A stretch of 63,998 nt of DNA, filler included, from an uncultured bacterium (GTDB lineage Bacteria > CAZSTA01): NCBI GenBank assembly GCA_964609495.1. It is 5 parts of 5 records of this genome, joined end to end, with 100 filler letters (N's around TTAATTAATTAA, not from the genome) between each part and the next. Parts side by side here need not be neighbours in the genome. Positions count along the whole stretch, not along the records: positions 30,211 to 45,142 come from CAZSTA010000082.1; 4 more parts are not named here. One strand, given 5' to 3'. The notes beneath the pieces are model-generated. The model searched no databases. It worked only from the letters and a program-made list of their open reading frames with translations, and was not told the DNA's origin. Both the position numbers and the translations under genes were made by a program. Positions 30,218 through 39,128 of the stretch are shown here, in pieces; position 1 is the first letter of the stretch, and every line of letters begins with the position of its first letter.

Positions 30218-31159
30218 TTGACAGGGGGATATAGGGAATATCTCAATCTAACTCAGCTCCAATCCAGGGTGATCTTAGGTTCATCCTCGATCTTCTTTGG
30301 AGCAGGATTATCTTCCCTACTTTATAATATCGCGTCACTTCTCAAATTCAGCAGTATCTATCTCATAAACTTTATGATCCTGCTTCTCTGGTTTATCATT
30401 AAGGCTATAGTCAATAGAGGAGTCAACTTAAAATTGGGGCGAAATAGCCTCTTCTTTATTCTGTGGTTTGCTCCTCCTCTAGGCTTTTATCTACTATTTC
30501 ATTTAGCTAAAGCTGGATACACCTTAACCTATCTCTCAGGAGCCTATATAATATTAGGGATGCTTCTAATCGCCTCCGCCCGCGATAATCCTCTTACTCA
30601 TATAACAAGAGCCCTCTTTGTTTTGCTCATTATTTCTAACTCTCTCTTTTTCATTTACGCTTCTCCCTCCTCCCAAAGAGGGGCGAAGACGATGATCTTA
30701 TCTGGGAATAAACCGAGCGATTGGAGGGAGGTGACCAGGGGTTTTACCGCTAGGGCGATCAAAGAGAACGATATCTTCGTGGAGAGCTTTTTGGACAAGA
30801 TAAAGGCTCATACTCAAGATTCGGATAGGACGCTCATTGTAACCGACCCCGAGGATGATTTCCCCTCTTGGCGGCATCTGATGTTCTATCTTCCTAACTA
30901 CTATGTTTATTACTTAGACCCGAAGAGGAAGGACTTCTACGTCATAGGCAGAGATCACGATCTAAGCTGGGTCTCGCTGGAGCTGGTCTTTGTGGATGAT
31001 GAAGTTGATAAGCTTATCAGCGGCTCCGCTGATATTGTATCTGAGAGCGCCAAGATCGAGCAGATAGGAGATAAGCCCGGTATCTTTTTGATAGATGTTA
31101 TGGATAAGGAATTTATTTATAAGGGTCGCTCGTTCGTGAAGATCAAACTTGACACTTAG
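30218..31159 (+). CDS. C-terminal part of a multi-pass membrane protein (possibly GT-C glycosyltransferase), 5' truncated
   Basis: Five hydrophobic segments, then a soluble domain; starts at the contig edge. Confidence 0.6.
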   Translation: MTGGYREYLNLTQLQSRVILGSSSIFFGAGLSSLLYNIASLLKFSSIYLINFMILLLWFIIKAIVNRGVNLKLGRNSLFFILWFAPPLGFYLLFHLAKAGYTLTYLSGAYIILGMLLIASARDNPLTHITRALFVLLIISNSLFFIYASPSSQRGAKTMILSGNKPSDWREVTRGFTARAIKENDIFVESFLDKIKAHTQDSDRTLIVTDPEDDFPSWRHLMFYLPNYYVYYLDPKRKDFYVIGRDHDLSWVSLELVFVDDEVDKLISGSADIVSESAKIEQIGDKPGIFLIDVMDKEFIYKGRSFVKIKLDT

Positions 31160-31283
31160 AGGCTCTGAATCGATTAGCTAAATAGGGAAACCAGTCCCTG
31201 AGATTCAAATATTCGATTATGAGTTCAGGATCTTGAATATTTCGGATAAAATACCAAGAAACTTTTAAGAAAGGGGAATTTTT

Positions 31284-32264
31284 ATGAAACCTAAAGTTTT
31301 TGTTACCCGTCAGATTCCTGAGGCGGGATTGGATTTGCTCAAGGAGAAGTGCGAGTTGGAGATCAATAGGGAGGATCGAGTCCTAACGAAAGGGGAATTG
31401 ATCAAGGGAGTTAAGCAAAGCGATTATCTCCTGAGCCTTCTCACCGACACGATCGATGCTGAGATATTTGACGCTAATCCCAACTTGAAGATAGTAGCTA
31501 ATTATGCAGTCGGTTACAACAATATAGATGTCGAGGAAGCCACTAAGAGAGGGATAATAGTCACCAATACCCCTGGGGTGCTAACTGATACCACCGCCGA
31601 TTTCGCGTGGGCGCTTTTAATGGCTATCGCTAGAAGGGTGACTGAGGCGGATAAATATACCCGTGCGGGGAAATTCAAGGGGTGGGGACCGATGCTCCTT
31701 CTGGGGAGCGATGTCTATGGGAAGACCCTAGGTATAGTCGGCTTCGGAAGGATAGGGAGAGCGATTGCCAAGAGAGCTAAGGGCTTTGATATGAAGGTTC
31801 TCTACTATGATCCATTTCGCGCTGATGAGGAGACGGAGAACCTGCTAAATGTTAAATCCGTTAGTTTAGAGGAGCTTCTCAAAGAATCTGATTATGTAAG
31901 TATTCACGCCCTGTTGATCCCCGAGACCAGGCATCTGATTGGGGCTGAGCAACTGGCGATGATGAAGAATACCGCTTATCTTATAAATGCCGCTCGAGGA
32001 CCTATCGTTGATGAGAAGGCTTTAGCAAAAGCCCTAAAGAATAAGCAGATAGCGGGTGCGGCGCTCGATGTTTATGAGGAAGAGCCTGCTTTAGCCCCTG
32101 GTTTAGCGGGTTTGGATAACGTCGTTCTTGCTCCCCACATCGCCAGCGCCTCGATCGAGACCAGATCCAAGATGGCTGTAATAGCCGCTGAAAATATTAT
32201 AGCTTGCCTCGAGGGGAAAAAACCTCCCACTATAGTCAATCCCGAGGTGCTTGAGAAGGAGTGA
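31284..32264 (+). CDS. D-glycerate dehydrogenase / glyoxylate reductase
   Basis: AVGYNNID, NTPGVL, GFGRIG, NAARG, LDVYEEEP, PHIAS. Confidence 0.95.
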   Translation: MKPKVFVTRQIPEAGLDLLKEKCELEINREDRVLTKGELIKGVKQSDYLLSLLTDTIDAEIFDANPNLKIVANYAVGYNNIDVEEATKRGIIVTNTPGVLTDTTADFAWALLMAIARRVTEADKYTRAGKFKGWGPMLLLGSDVYGKTLGIVGFGRIGRAIAKRAKGFDMKVLYYDPFRADEETENLLNVKSVSLEELLKESDYVSIHALLIPETRHLIGAEQLAMMKNTAYLINAARGPIVDEKALAKALKNKQIAGAALDVYEEEPALAPGLAGLDNVVLAPHIASASIETRSKMAVIAAENIIACLEGKKPPTIVNPEVLEKE

Positions 32265-32270
32265 AATACA

Positions 32271-32648
32271 ATGGGAAATAAGATAAAGATCACGGCTGGA
32301 GAAGTAGAGGCAGAAGCCGAGCTAAGTGATTCTACCACTGCCCAAAAGATATGGGAGGCGCTTCCTATCGAAGGTAGAGCCAATACTTGGGGCGATGAGA
32401 TATACTTCTCCATCCCTGTTAAATCCGATTTGGAGAATGGACAGGAGGTAGTTCAGATAGGAGATCTGGGATATTGGCCTCCGGGTAGTGCCTTCTGCAT
32501 ATTCTTTGGACCAACTCCAGCCAGCTCTGGAGGAGAGATAAGACCAGCTAGCCCAGTCAACGCCCTCGGCAAGGTAGAGGGAGATCCCAAGGTATTCAAG
32601 AAGGTAAAGGGAGGAGCTAAGGTAAGGATCGAAAAGGTAGAGGATTGA
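32271..32648 (+). CDS. Cyclophilin-like fold protein (DUF369-like)
   Basis: WGDEIYF, GDLGYWPPGSAFCIFFGPTP. Confidence 0.85.
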   Translation: MGNKIKITAGEVEAEAELSDSTTAQKIWEALPIEGRANTWGDEIYFSIPVKSDLENGQEVVQIGDLGYWPPGSAFCIFFGPTPASSGGEIRPASPVNALGKVEGDPKVFKKVKGGAKVRIEKVED

Positions 32649-32654
32649 GAGAAG

Positions 32655-32900
32655 GTCAACAACCCCTACTGATTTTCAATCAGTAGGGGCTTGCGAGAGC
32701 AAGCCCTGGTTGACTAGGAGGCACTGGTATGGTGCAGAAGTTAGCAAAGAGAAATCACATACACACCTTAGAATACTCCTCTCGTTCTAAGCTCTGTGGT
32801 TTGTCATTAAACAGTTCTGAGGGTAGGGACAGTGTGGCAGACTTAAAAACCTTTGCTAACAACTCCGAAGAGGCGTTCGGTGGAGGAACACTTTATATTA
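32655..32900 (+). ncRNA. HEARO / omegaRNA scaffold
   Basis: GTCAAC…GTTGACTAG closing stem, GTTAGCAAAG/CTTTGCTAAC, CACACCTTAGAATACTCCTCTCGTTCTAAGCTCTGTG, TTAAACAG, CCGAAGAGG pseudoknot partner of CCTCTCG. Confidence 0.8.
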
Positions 32901-33120
32901 GTGTTCAACCCTTGTTAAGGGGAGGAGGCGCGGTCGGCTTCCTCCCCTTAAAGGAAACTTTTTTACCGTGAGTTCTATTTGAAGCAAAAGTTTCCTTTAC
33001 CTCAAGGGCATTTGTTAGAAAAATCTACCATACTACTTTTAGTAGGAAGGAGGGCAGGCACTTCCTCCCCGACTGATTGTAAGAAGAAAATCTACTCGGG
33101 GTCTCCGTGCCTGATTTAAG
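32655..33120 (+). mobile_element. Non-autonomous IS200/IS605 (IscB/IsrB-type) element lacking a nuclease ORF
   Basis: Left end GTCAACAACCCC-hairpin-GGGGCTTG; right end TTCCTCCCC-hairpin-GGGGTCTCCGTGCC; related subterminal hairpins; no RuvC/HNH ORF. Confidence 0.8.
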
Positions 33121-33615
33121 ATGATATATTTGCCAGAAGATCACCCTCATCTAAGGGAGATCGCAGATGCCTATTTCGTAGCAGCAGGAGATGAGGAGGA
33201 GAAAATCACCTTTGTTGTAGCCCTGGTTTATCAGGGAGATAAGTTTATTATGGGTTGGAATAATCTGCGGAGGGGCTGGGAGCTTCCCGGAGGAAGGGTT
33301 GAGGATGGAGAATCGCCCCTCGAGGCGGTGATGAGGGAGGTCTATGAGGAGAGTGGAGCTACTATCACCACCGCTCGCCGAATCGGAAGCCTCAAGTGGA
33401 AGAAGATCGAGACTGGCGATATCTTCACAGGGGCTGTTTTCGTAGCTGAAGCGCAGGAGATGGATGAGCTTCCTCAAGATTCTGAGATAATGAAGATCAA
33501 CTTCTTCGTTGAGATCCCCGATCAACTCTCCTTTAGTTGCGATAGAGTCTTTTACGATGATATGTTGGAATGGGCGAGTAAATTTAGGGAACAAATCAGG
33601 AATTATAAGGGGTGA
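33121..33615 (+). CDS. NUDIX hydrolase
   Basis: Nudix box GGRVEDGESPLEAVMREVYEESG. Confidence 0.92.
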   Translation: MIYLPEDHPHLREIADAYFVAAGDEEEKITFVVALVYQGDKFIMGWNNLRRGWELPGGRVEDGESPLEAVMREVYEESGATITTARRIGSLKWKKIETGDIFTGAVFVAEAQEMDELPQDSEIMKINFFVEIPDQLSFSCDRVFYDDMLEWASKFREQIRNYKG

Positions 33616-33645
33616 ACTTTTTGTTCGGCATTTCGTTAATTTATA
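33613..33645 (+). promoter_or_regulatory. Putative autoregulated ECF sigma promoter
   Basis: TGAACT…CGTTAA directly upstream of the ECF sigma gene. Confidence 0.6.
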
Positions 33646-34260
33646 ATGAAAAGTGGGAAGGCCGAAATGATATGCTCTGATGAGGAACTTATGATCAAAT
33701 GTAGTAAGGGCGATCGAAAAGCCTTCGATATACTTTTCCAGAGATATCAGAATCGTCTGCTCAACTTCATCTACCGCGTTGTAGGGGATGAACATCTAGC
33801 GGAGGATCTATTTCAAGAGACTCTGATCAGGGTTATCAAAGCGGCTCCCAGCTATAAACCTCTAGCTAGATTCTCCACTTGGCTATACCAGATAGCTCTA
33901 AATGTCTGCAAGGATGAGCTGAGGAAGAAGAAGCGACGATGGATGATCGATAATCCTGCGCCAGAAAGCGGGCATTGGGAAGCGATATCGAGTCATCCTG
34001 TCTCTCTAGAGCAAGAAGTTGAGGAGCGGGAGCAGCTTGGCGTTCTCCGAAGAGCTATAGATTCTCTCTCCCTAGAACATCGAATGGTTCTAGTTATGAG
34101 AGAATACGAGGGATTATCTTACGAAGAGATAGCCTCTCTCTTAGATATACCTGTGGGGACGGTCAAATCCCGTATGCACTATGCCTTACAGCGAGTCAGG
34201 AACTATGTGGTGAGGAGGGAAAGACTGCTCAGGGAGAAGGTGATAAAACGTGGATTGTAA
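33646..34260 (+). CDS. ECF (sigma-70 group 4) sigma factor
   Basis: AEDLFQET, FSTWLYQIA, LSYEEIA…GTVKSRMH. Confidence 0.95.
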   Translation: MKSGKAEMICSDEELMIKCSKGDRKAFDILFQRYQNRLLNFIYRVVGDEHLAEDLFQETLIRVIKAAPSYKPLARFSTWLYQIALNVCKDELRKKKRRWMIDNPAPESGHWEAISSHPVSLEQEVEEREQLGVLRRAIDSLSLEHRMVLVMREYEGLSYEEIASLLDIPVGTVKSRMHYALQRVRNYVVRRERLLREKVIKRGL

Positions 34261-34774
34261 GGAACTGCGAAATAATCTTACTCATTATATCTACGGGGAA
34301 TTACTGGAGGAAGAAGAGGAGCAGGTCAGGAAACACATCGATAATTGCGGAAGATGTTATAGGGAATACCTTTCCCTTCTTCACACTAGGAAGCTCTTAA
34401 GCAACTGGAGAAATATAACTCCCTCTCCTGCCCTAGCGGTGAATTGGCGAGCGAATCTAGAGGAGTTTTTCCCCGATAAACCGAAAATTTCTACTATCGC
34501 TTCTCCCTCTAGTTCTCTAAAGAGGCTAAAGGAGAGATTATCTTCTCTCTTCAATGCCTCTCTTTATCATAAGCGAGTTCCAGTCTCCATTTTGATCTTA
34601 ATAGCCATCCTATCCTTATTTTTAGGATATCTCCTTGGTCCCTTTTCAGTGGCTAGAGAGGGGCGCACACCTTCGAATGATGAGAAATTGATCGATATCG
34701 CTCAAGAGATATTAGCTCGAGACACTGGTTTCGAGCTTGTGAATGGGCAAAGTGTAATTGGGTTTATAGACTAA
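34250..34774 (+). CDS. Zinc-binding (ZAS) transmembrane anti-sigma factor
   Basis: HIDNCGRC (HxxxCxxC) and one TM helix. Confidence 0.88.
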   Translation: MDCKELRNNLTHYIYGELLEEEEEQVRKHIDNCGRCYREYLSLLHTRKLLSNWRNITPSPALAVNWRANLEEFFPDKPKISTIASPSSSLKRLKERLSSLFNASLYHKRVPVSILILIAILSLFLGYLLGPFSVAREGRTPSNDEKLIDIAQEILARDTGFELVNGQSVIGFID

Positions 34775-34838
34775 GAGGGGAACAAGGATTACGGAGGGAA
34801 CTATATCCCACGATCTAACTCGTGGGATATATTAAATT

Positions 34839-35936
34839 ATGCTCAAAAGATCAGCAATATTTGCGGTATTGATTATATTATTCTGGTTGAACAATAACCT
34901 CCTCTCAAGCGCAGAGGGTAAGCTTCCCCACCCCAAAGAAATGCTGAGGAACAATGAGGTAGCTAGGTATAAGGTAAGCTACTTAGGGACCTCGGTTATA
35001 ACAAATACCTCTTTTGAGGGGATAAAGGCGACGAGCGTTATCAAGATAGCTCACAGTCTAAAGGGCATAGATAGGATCGAGTATATTAGCTCTACCGAGA
35101 GGAAGGCTGGGGATATAATCATCAGCAGTGAGGAACTCCAACTGAATTATGATGCCTCTAGCGGAGAGTGGTTTGCCTTTTACAAGCCCAGTACCTGGGC
35201 GAAGGCCAGAAGGAAGTATATCGAGGAGTTGCTGGAGAGAACTTTCTCCCAAAGTTTATTGGAATATAAGGGGACAGAGTCCATAGCTGGACGCCGAGCT
35301 TATGTTCTATACCTTGCTGAAAAGAGGACAGGAAGAGTCTATACCAAGATATGGTTGGATAGCGAACATTGGATAACCCTCAGGATAGAATCTTACGGAG
35401 AGAATGAGGAACTTGAATCATTCTCCACCTTCTCGGATATATATTTCTTCCCCTCTTATATAGTCATAGATGAGAGAGAATGGATTCCCGAGAGTCCTGA
35501 AGCCATCGCCTATCTAGGACAGCGTCCGATCGCCCTGGATAAAGCCGAGGAGGAACTTCCTCATCCAATTTTTCTTCCGACTTATCTCCCCTTGGGCTTT
35601 GCTGTTGAGAAGCATCTCATCGCTGAGAGGGAAGATAAGTTAGAGTTTACAACCCACTTCACTAATAAGACGGGTTTTATCATCTTAACTGAGAAGGAAG
35701 AGCCCTATAACCTCGCCAATCTATCATCTTATGAAGATGTCGATATCGGAAGCTATAAGGGGAAGCTGTGGTCCAATAGCGAGGAATTTACCAGAAGATT
35801 GATTTGGAATTTCGATATAGATGATAAGAAACTGGGCTTCAGCTTGACCGCGAGTAGAGATGTAAGCGAAGAGGAGTTATTCAATATAGCGGCTTCTATA
35901 AGTGATTTAGAGTTACCAGAGGATATCACGCCCTGA
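34839..35936 (+). CDS. Secreted MucB/RseB-like (LolA-fold) regulator
   Basis: Signal peptide; ESIAGRRAYVL…KIWLDSE…LRIE motif; PTYLPLGF C-domain; follows the anti-sigma gene. Confidence 0.7.
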   Translation: MLKRSAIFAVLIILFWLNNNLLSSAEGKLPHPKEMLRNNEVARYKVSYLGTSVITNTSFEGIKATSVIKIAHSLKGIDRIEYISSTERKAGDIIISSEELQLNYDASSGEWFAFYKPSTWAKARRKYIEELLERTFSQSLLEYKGTESIAGRRAYVLYLAEKRTGRVYTKIWLDSEHWITLRIESYGENEELESFSTFSDIYFFPSYIVIDEREWIPESPEAIAYLGQRPIALDKAEEELPHPIFLPTYLPLGFAVEKHLIAEREDKLEFTTHFTNKTGFIILTEKEEPYNLANLSSYEDVDIGSYKGKLWSNSEEFTRRLIWNFDIDDKKLGFSLTASRDVSEEELFNIAASISDLELPEDITP

Positions 35937-35993
35937 GAGATAAGAGAAGAATATCATAGGAGCTAAATGCGAGGATATTGAGGAGGAGCTATT

Positions 35994-36989
35994 TTGAATA
36001 AAATTATATGTGGAGATAATCTAAAGTTGATTAAAGAAGTTCCAGATGAAAGTATAAATTTAATCATAACTTCACCTCCGTATTACAAACAGCGAGATTA
36101 TGGGGCAGGAATAGGAAATGAGAAAACAATCGAGGAGTATATTAATAACTTATTAAAACTATTTCGTGAGTGCGTTAGAGTAATCAAATCAGATGGTAGT
36201 ATTGTTTTTAATATAGGGGATAAGTATGAAAAAGGTAATCTTTTATTAGTTCCATATAGATTTGCTATTGAAGTTCTAAATAAAGAATCAGTAAAACTCG
36301 TGAATGATATTACCTGGGTCAAGTTAAATCCTACACCGAGACAATTTAGGAGGAGACTTGTAAGTAGCACAGAGCCGTTTTTTCACTTTGTTAAATCTGA
36401 TGACTACTACTATAATATAGATGCGTTCCTAAACCATTTAGATACGGTAAAGAAAAAAAATAGAAGAGTCCATAATAGCATTGGTAAAAAATATTTTGAA
36501 TTGATAGAAGGATCATCATTATCAGAGAAAGAGAAAGGGATGGCAAAAGAAGAATTAGAGAATGTGATACAAGAAGTTAAAATGGGTAAGATAGCCAGTT
36601 TTCGTATGAAAATAAGGGGTATTCATTCTCCACCTTTTGGTGGACAGGAAGGTGGTAGAAAAACCCAATTAATGAAAAAAGGATTTACTATAATCAGAAT
36701 TCATGGAAAAGCTTTAAAGAGAAATGTTATTGAATGCGCAGTAGAAACAATAAAAGGCTGTAAACACCCAGCTATATATCCTGAGTATATAATTATAGAG
36801 CTACTTAAATTGCTTACCCGGAAAGAAGATACAGTTTTAGACCCCTTTATAGGGTCAGGTACAACTGCTATGGCATGTAAAAAATTAGATAGGAATTATA
36901 CAGGCTTTGAAATAAACCCTGAATACTGTAGATACTCTAGAGAAAGAGTAGAAAGGGTTGTATATCAACCATCGTTGGAGTTATTTTAA
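35994..36989 (+). CDS. Site-specific DNA methyltransferase (N4-C/N6-A, beta class)
   Basis: TSPPY before HPA and VLDPFIGSGTT; visibly AT-richer than flanks. Confidence 0.92.
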   Translation: MNKIICGDNLKLIKEVPDESINLIITSPPYYKQRDYGAGIGNEKTIEEYINNLLKLFRECVRVIKSDGSIVFNIGDKYEKGNLLLVPYRFAIEVLNKESVKLVNDITWVKLNPTPRQFRRRLVSSTEPFFHFVKSDDYYYNIDAFLNHLDTVKKKNRRVHNSIGKKYFELIEGSSLSEKEKGMAKEELENVIQEVKMGKIASFRMKIRGIHSPPFGGQEGGRKTQLMKKGFTIIRIHGKALKRNVIECAVETIKGCKHPAIYPEYIIIELLKLLTRKEDTVLDPFIGSGTTAMACKKLDRNYTGFEINPEYCRYSRERVERVVYQPSLELF

Positions 36990-37051
36990 TGACACAAAGG
37001 AAAAATCCAAAAGAAATATTGGAAGATACTTATAATATAATGGTAGCGTAA
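36989..37051 (+). pseudogene. Possible truncated partner gene (restriction endonuclease remnant)
   Basis: TAATG-coupled 20-codon ORF MTQRKNPKEILEDTYNIMVA with the same AT-rich composition. Confidence 0.4.
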
Positions 37052-37170
37052 GTCTCCGATATGGAATGTTTTTTGATAAATCAGTCCCCTAGCCTTCTGG
37101 CTTGGGCTTCTTCGCTCCATATTCTATAGCTGGAAGATAGTCGAACAAGAACTAGAGCTATAGGCAATCT

Positions 37171-39003
37171 CTATTTTCCACTTTCCAACTTCTTCTGGGC
37201 TTCCTTCCCAAGATCGCTCTCAGGAGCGAGTTCTATAACCATCCCGAATTTCCTTCGAGCCTCTTCTATCTCACCTTGCTCTTCATAGATGATACCTAAA
37301 CTATAGAGAGCGAGAATATTTTCGGAGTCTAAGGTTAATATCTTGCCGTAGTATTCTATAGCTTCCTCTTTATTTCCCTTTCTGTAAGCCTCAATAGCCT
37401 TGCTGACATATCCTCGTATTTTGATCTCGGAATAGGATGGTATCGCTAATTTCACCTCTGGATACTTATCGATTATCTCCCTATTCTGGGAAGAGTTTGA
37501 GATGAAGACTGAGGCAGATTGATCGGAGTATATCAGAATCGAAGCTGGGCTTTCATCTAAAACATAGGCTAAGGTGAGGACTGTAGGAACGAGAATAGTA
37601 TTGATTCCATACTTTTTCAGTATCTCCTCAAAGCCATAAGTGGCCCCTTGTATTTTAGCATAATCCTCCAAAACTTCGAGAGAATAGACGGGGGTTCTAC
37701 CATCTATGAAGATCTTATACTCCGAGTATAATCTCCAGAGCGTATATCCTCCCCAAGAATACGTATTGAACAATCTCTGAGGAAGCTTGTTATCCTCTAT
37801 AAAATCTATAGCCTTTTTAGGGTAGCGAGCTCCCTCGAACATCTCATCGTTTATATCTTGAATGAATGGATTTCGCAGAGGATCAGTAAAAGTAATAAAG
37901 CTATATACCAGATAAATACCTAATAGGAGGATAACAACTACTCTGAAAGCCAGATCGGAGGTTAAAACTCTTAACCTCTCTTTTAATCGCAACTCCTCCG
38001 AGGCAGATAATAGATATTTCGCCAGTATAGGGGATACTATGATAACGAATAGGGGGATATTGCGAAAAGACGTCAGCGATATATGAAGCATAACGATGAA
38101 GTTACCTATATCTATAAAGCTCACCCTTTTACCAGATAAGACCATTGAGATTATCGTCAAGAGTATCATAAACTCGAAGGGGCGGGTTGAACTCAGATTG
38201 AATTTAGGGGATGCCCACTCCACTCCAGCCAGTCCGGTGGTAGTTTGCTCAAGGTGCATGAAGGGAAGGATTACCGAATGATAGGTATAAGGATTTATCA
38301 GGCAAGCGAGAATGGCTATTAAAGCTATCTTAGTGAGGAAGATAGCTTTTTCGTTATTTATATCAGAACTTTCCCTTTCTTCAAGGGGAAGAATCTTCCC
38401 CTTAAAGTAGCTATCCAAAAATCCCCCGATAGCGAAGATTAAAACCAAAACTATGCCGATAGCGAAGCCGGGATGAAGATTGATCCAAAATATCATAAGC
38501 AAGGGAATCATCCAGATAGGACTTTTGCCCTCAATACGATATTTATAGAGTATATAATAGGATATGGAGGAGAAGAGATAGGTAAATATTTGAGGACGAA
38601 CGACCCATCCCCTTCGACCGATATAGGCTGATAGAATTATAATAAGACAAGCTAGATACAGATTTACTTTGCTATCTAATAATATCTTCAGGACTATAGC
38701 GAAGATGATCACGATTATCAGGGATTTTAGGAGAGATAAGGAAATTGAACCGATGCCACTATATAGAAGATAGAATATAGCCTGGCTCAACCACCATCCG
38801 TTGATCCAGGGTAGAGAAGCTGTGTAAGAATAGATATCCTCCCTAGGTATCGCTTTTAGCTGAACGATCGATTTACCAACTCGAAGGTGCATCCAAATAT
38901 CGAAAAAAGTAAATTCAGATAACGCTAGGTAGAATACTAAACCTAAAGTGATAATTATAACGGCTTTATCAAGCACATTTTTATATCTATCATTTTTTAA
39001 CAT
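37171..39003 (-). CDS. Multi-pass membrane protein, putative GT-C glycosyltransferase with C-terminal TPR
   Basis: DIWMHL, RPQ, WINLH, LINPY, WGGY, FIDGR motifs; about 12 TM; TPR tail. Confidence 0.75.
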   Translation of the reverse strand: MLKNDRYKNVLDKAVIIITLGLVFYLALSEFTFFDIWMHLRVGKSIVQLKAIPREDIYSYTASLPWINGWWLSQAIFYLLYSGIGSISLSLLKSLIIVIIFAIVLKILLDSKVNLYLACLIIILSAYIGRRGWVVRPQIFTYLFSSISYYILYKYRIEGKSPIWMIPLLMIFWINLHPGFAIGIVLVLIFAIGGFLDSYFKGKILPLEERESSDINNEKAIFLTKIALIAILACLINPYTYHSVILPFMHLEQTTTGLAGVEWASPKFNLSSTRPFEFMILLTIISMVLSGKRVSFIDIGNFIVMLHISLTSFRNIPLFVIIVSPILAKYLLSASEELRLKERLRVLTSDLAFRVVVILLLGIYLVYSFITFTDPLRNPFIQDINDEMFEGARYPKKAIDFIEDNKLPQRLFNTYSWGGYTLWRLYSEYKIFIDGRTPVYSLEVLEDYAKIQGATYGFEEILKKYGINTILVPTVLTLAYVLDESPASILIYSDQSASVFISNSSQNREIIDKYPEVKLAIPSYSEIKIRGYVSKAIEAYRKGNKEEAIEYYGKILTLDSENILALYSLGIIYEEQGEIEEARRKFGMVIELAPESDLGKEAQKKLESGK

Positions 39004-39093
39004 CGCTGATTAGAACCTCGCTACTTTCTTCGATATTCTCATTATATCATAAAAATCGATTCTGTCAACGAGTTCGGGATAACCCGAAACTCC

Positions 39094-39122
39094 TTGCTTT
39101 TCCATCTCTAATATGTTATATT
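39094..39122 (+). promoter_or_regulatory. Promoter likely giving a leaderless slt transcript
   Basis: TTGCTT-17-TATATT; ATG 6 nt downstream; no SD. Confidence 0.5.
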
Positions 39123-39128
39123 ATAGAT

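Noticed and set aside
32729-32971. 80-aa ORF inside the element
   Set aside because: Overlaps the omegaRNA scaffold; no PLMP, RuvC or HNH motifs
33151-33795. 214-aa antisense ORF, and the many other short antisense or nested ORFs
   Set aside because: Shadow frames of well-supported genes
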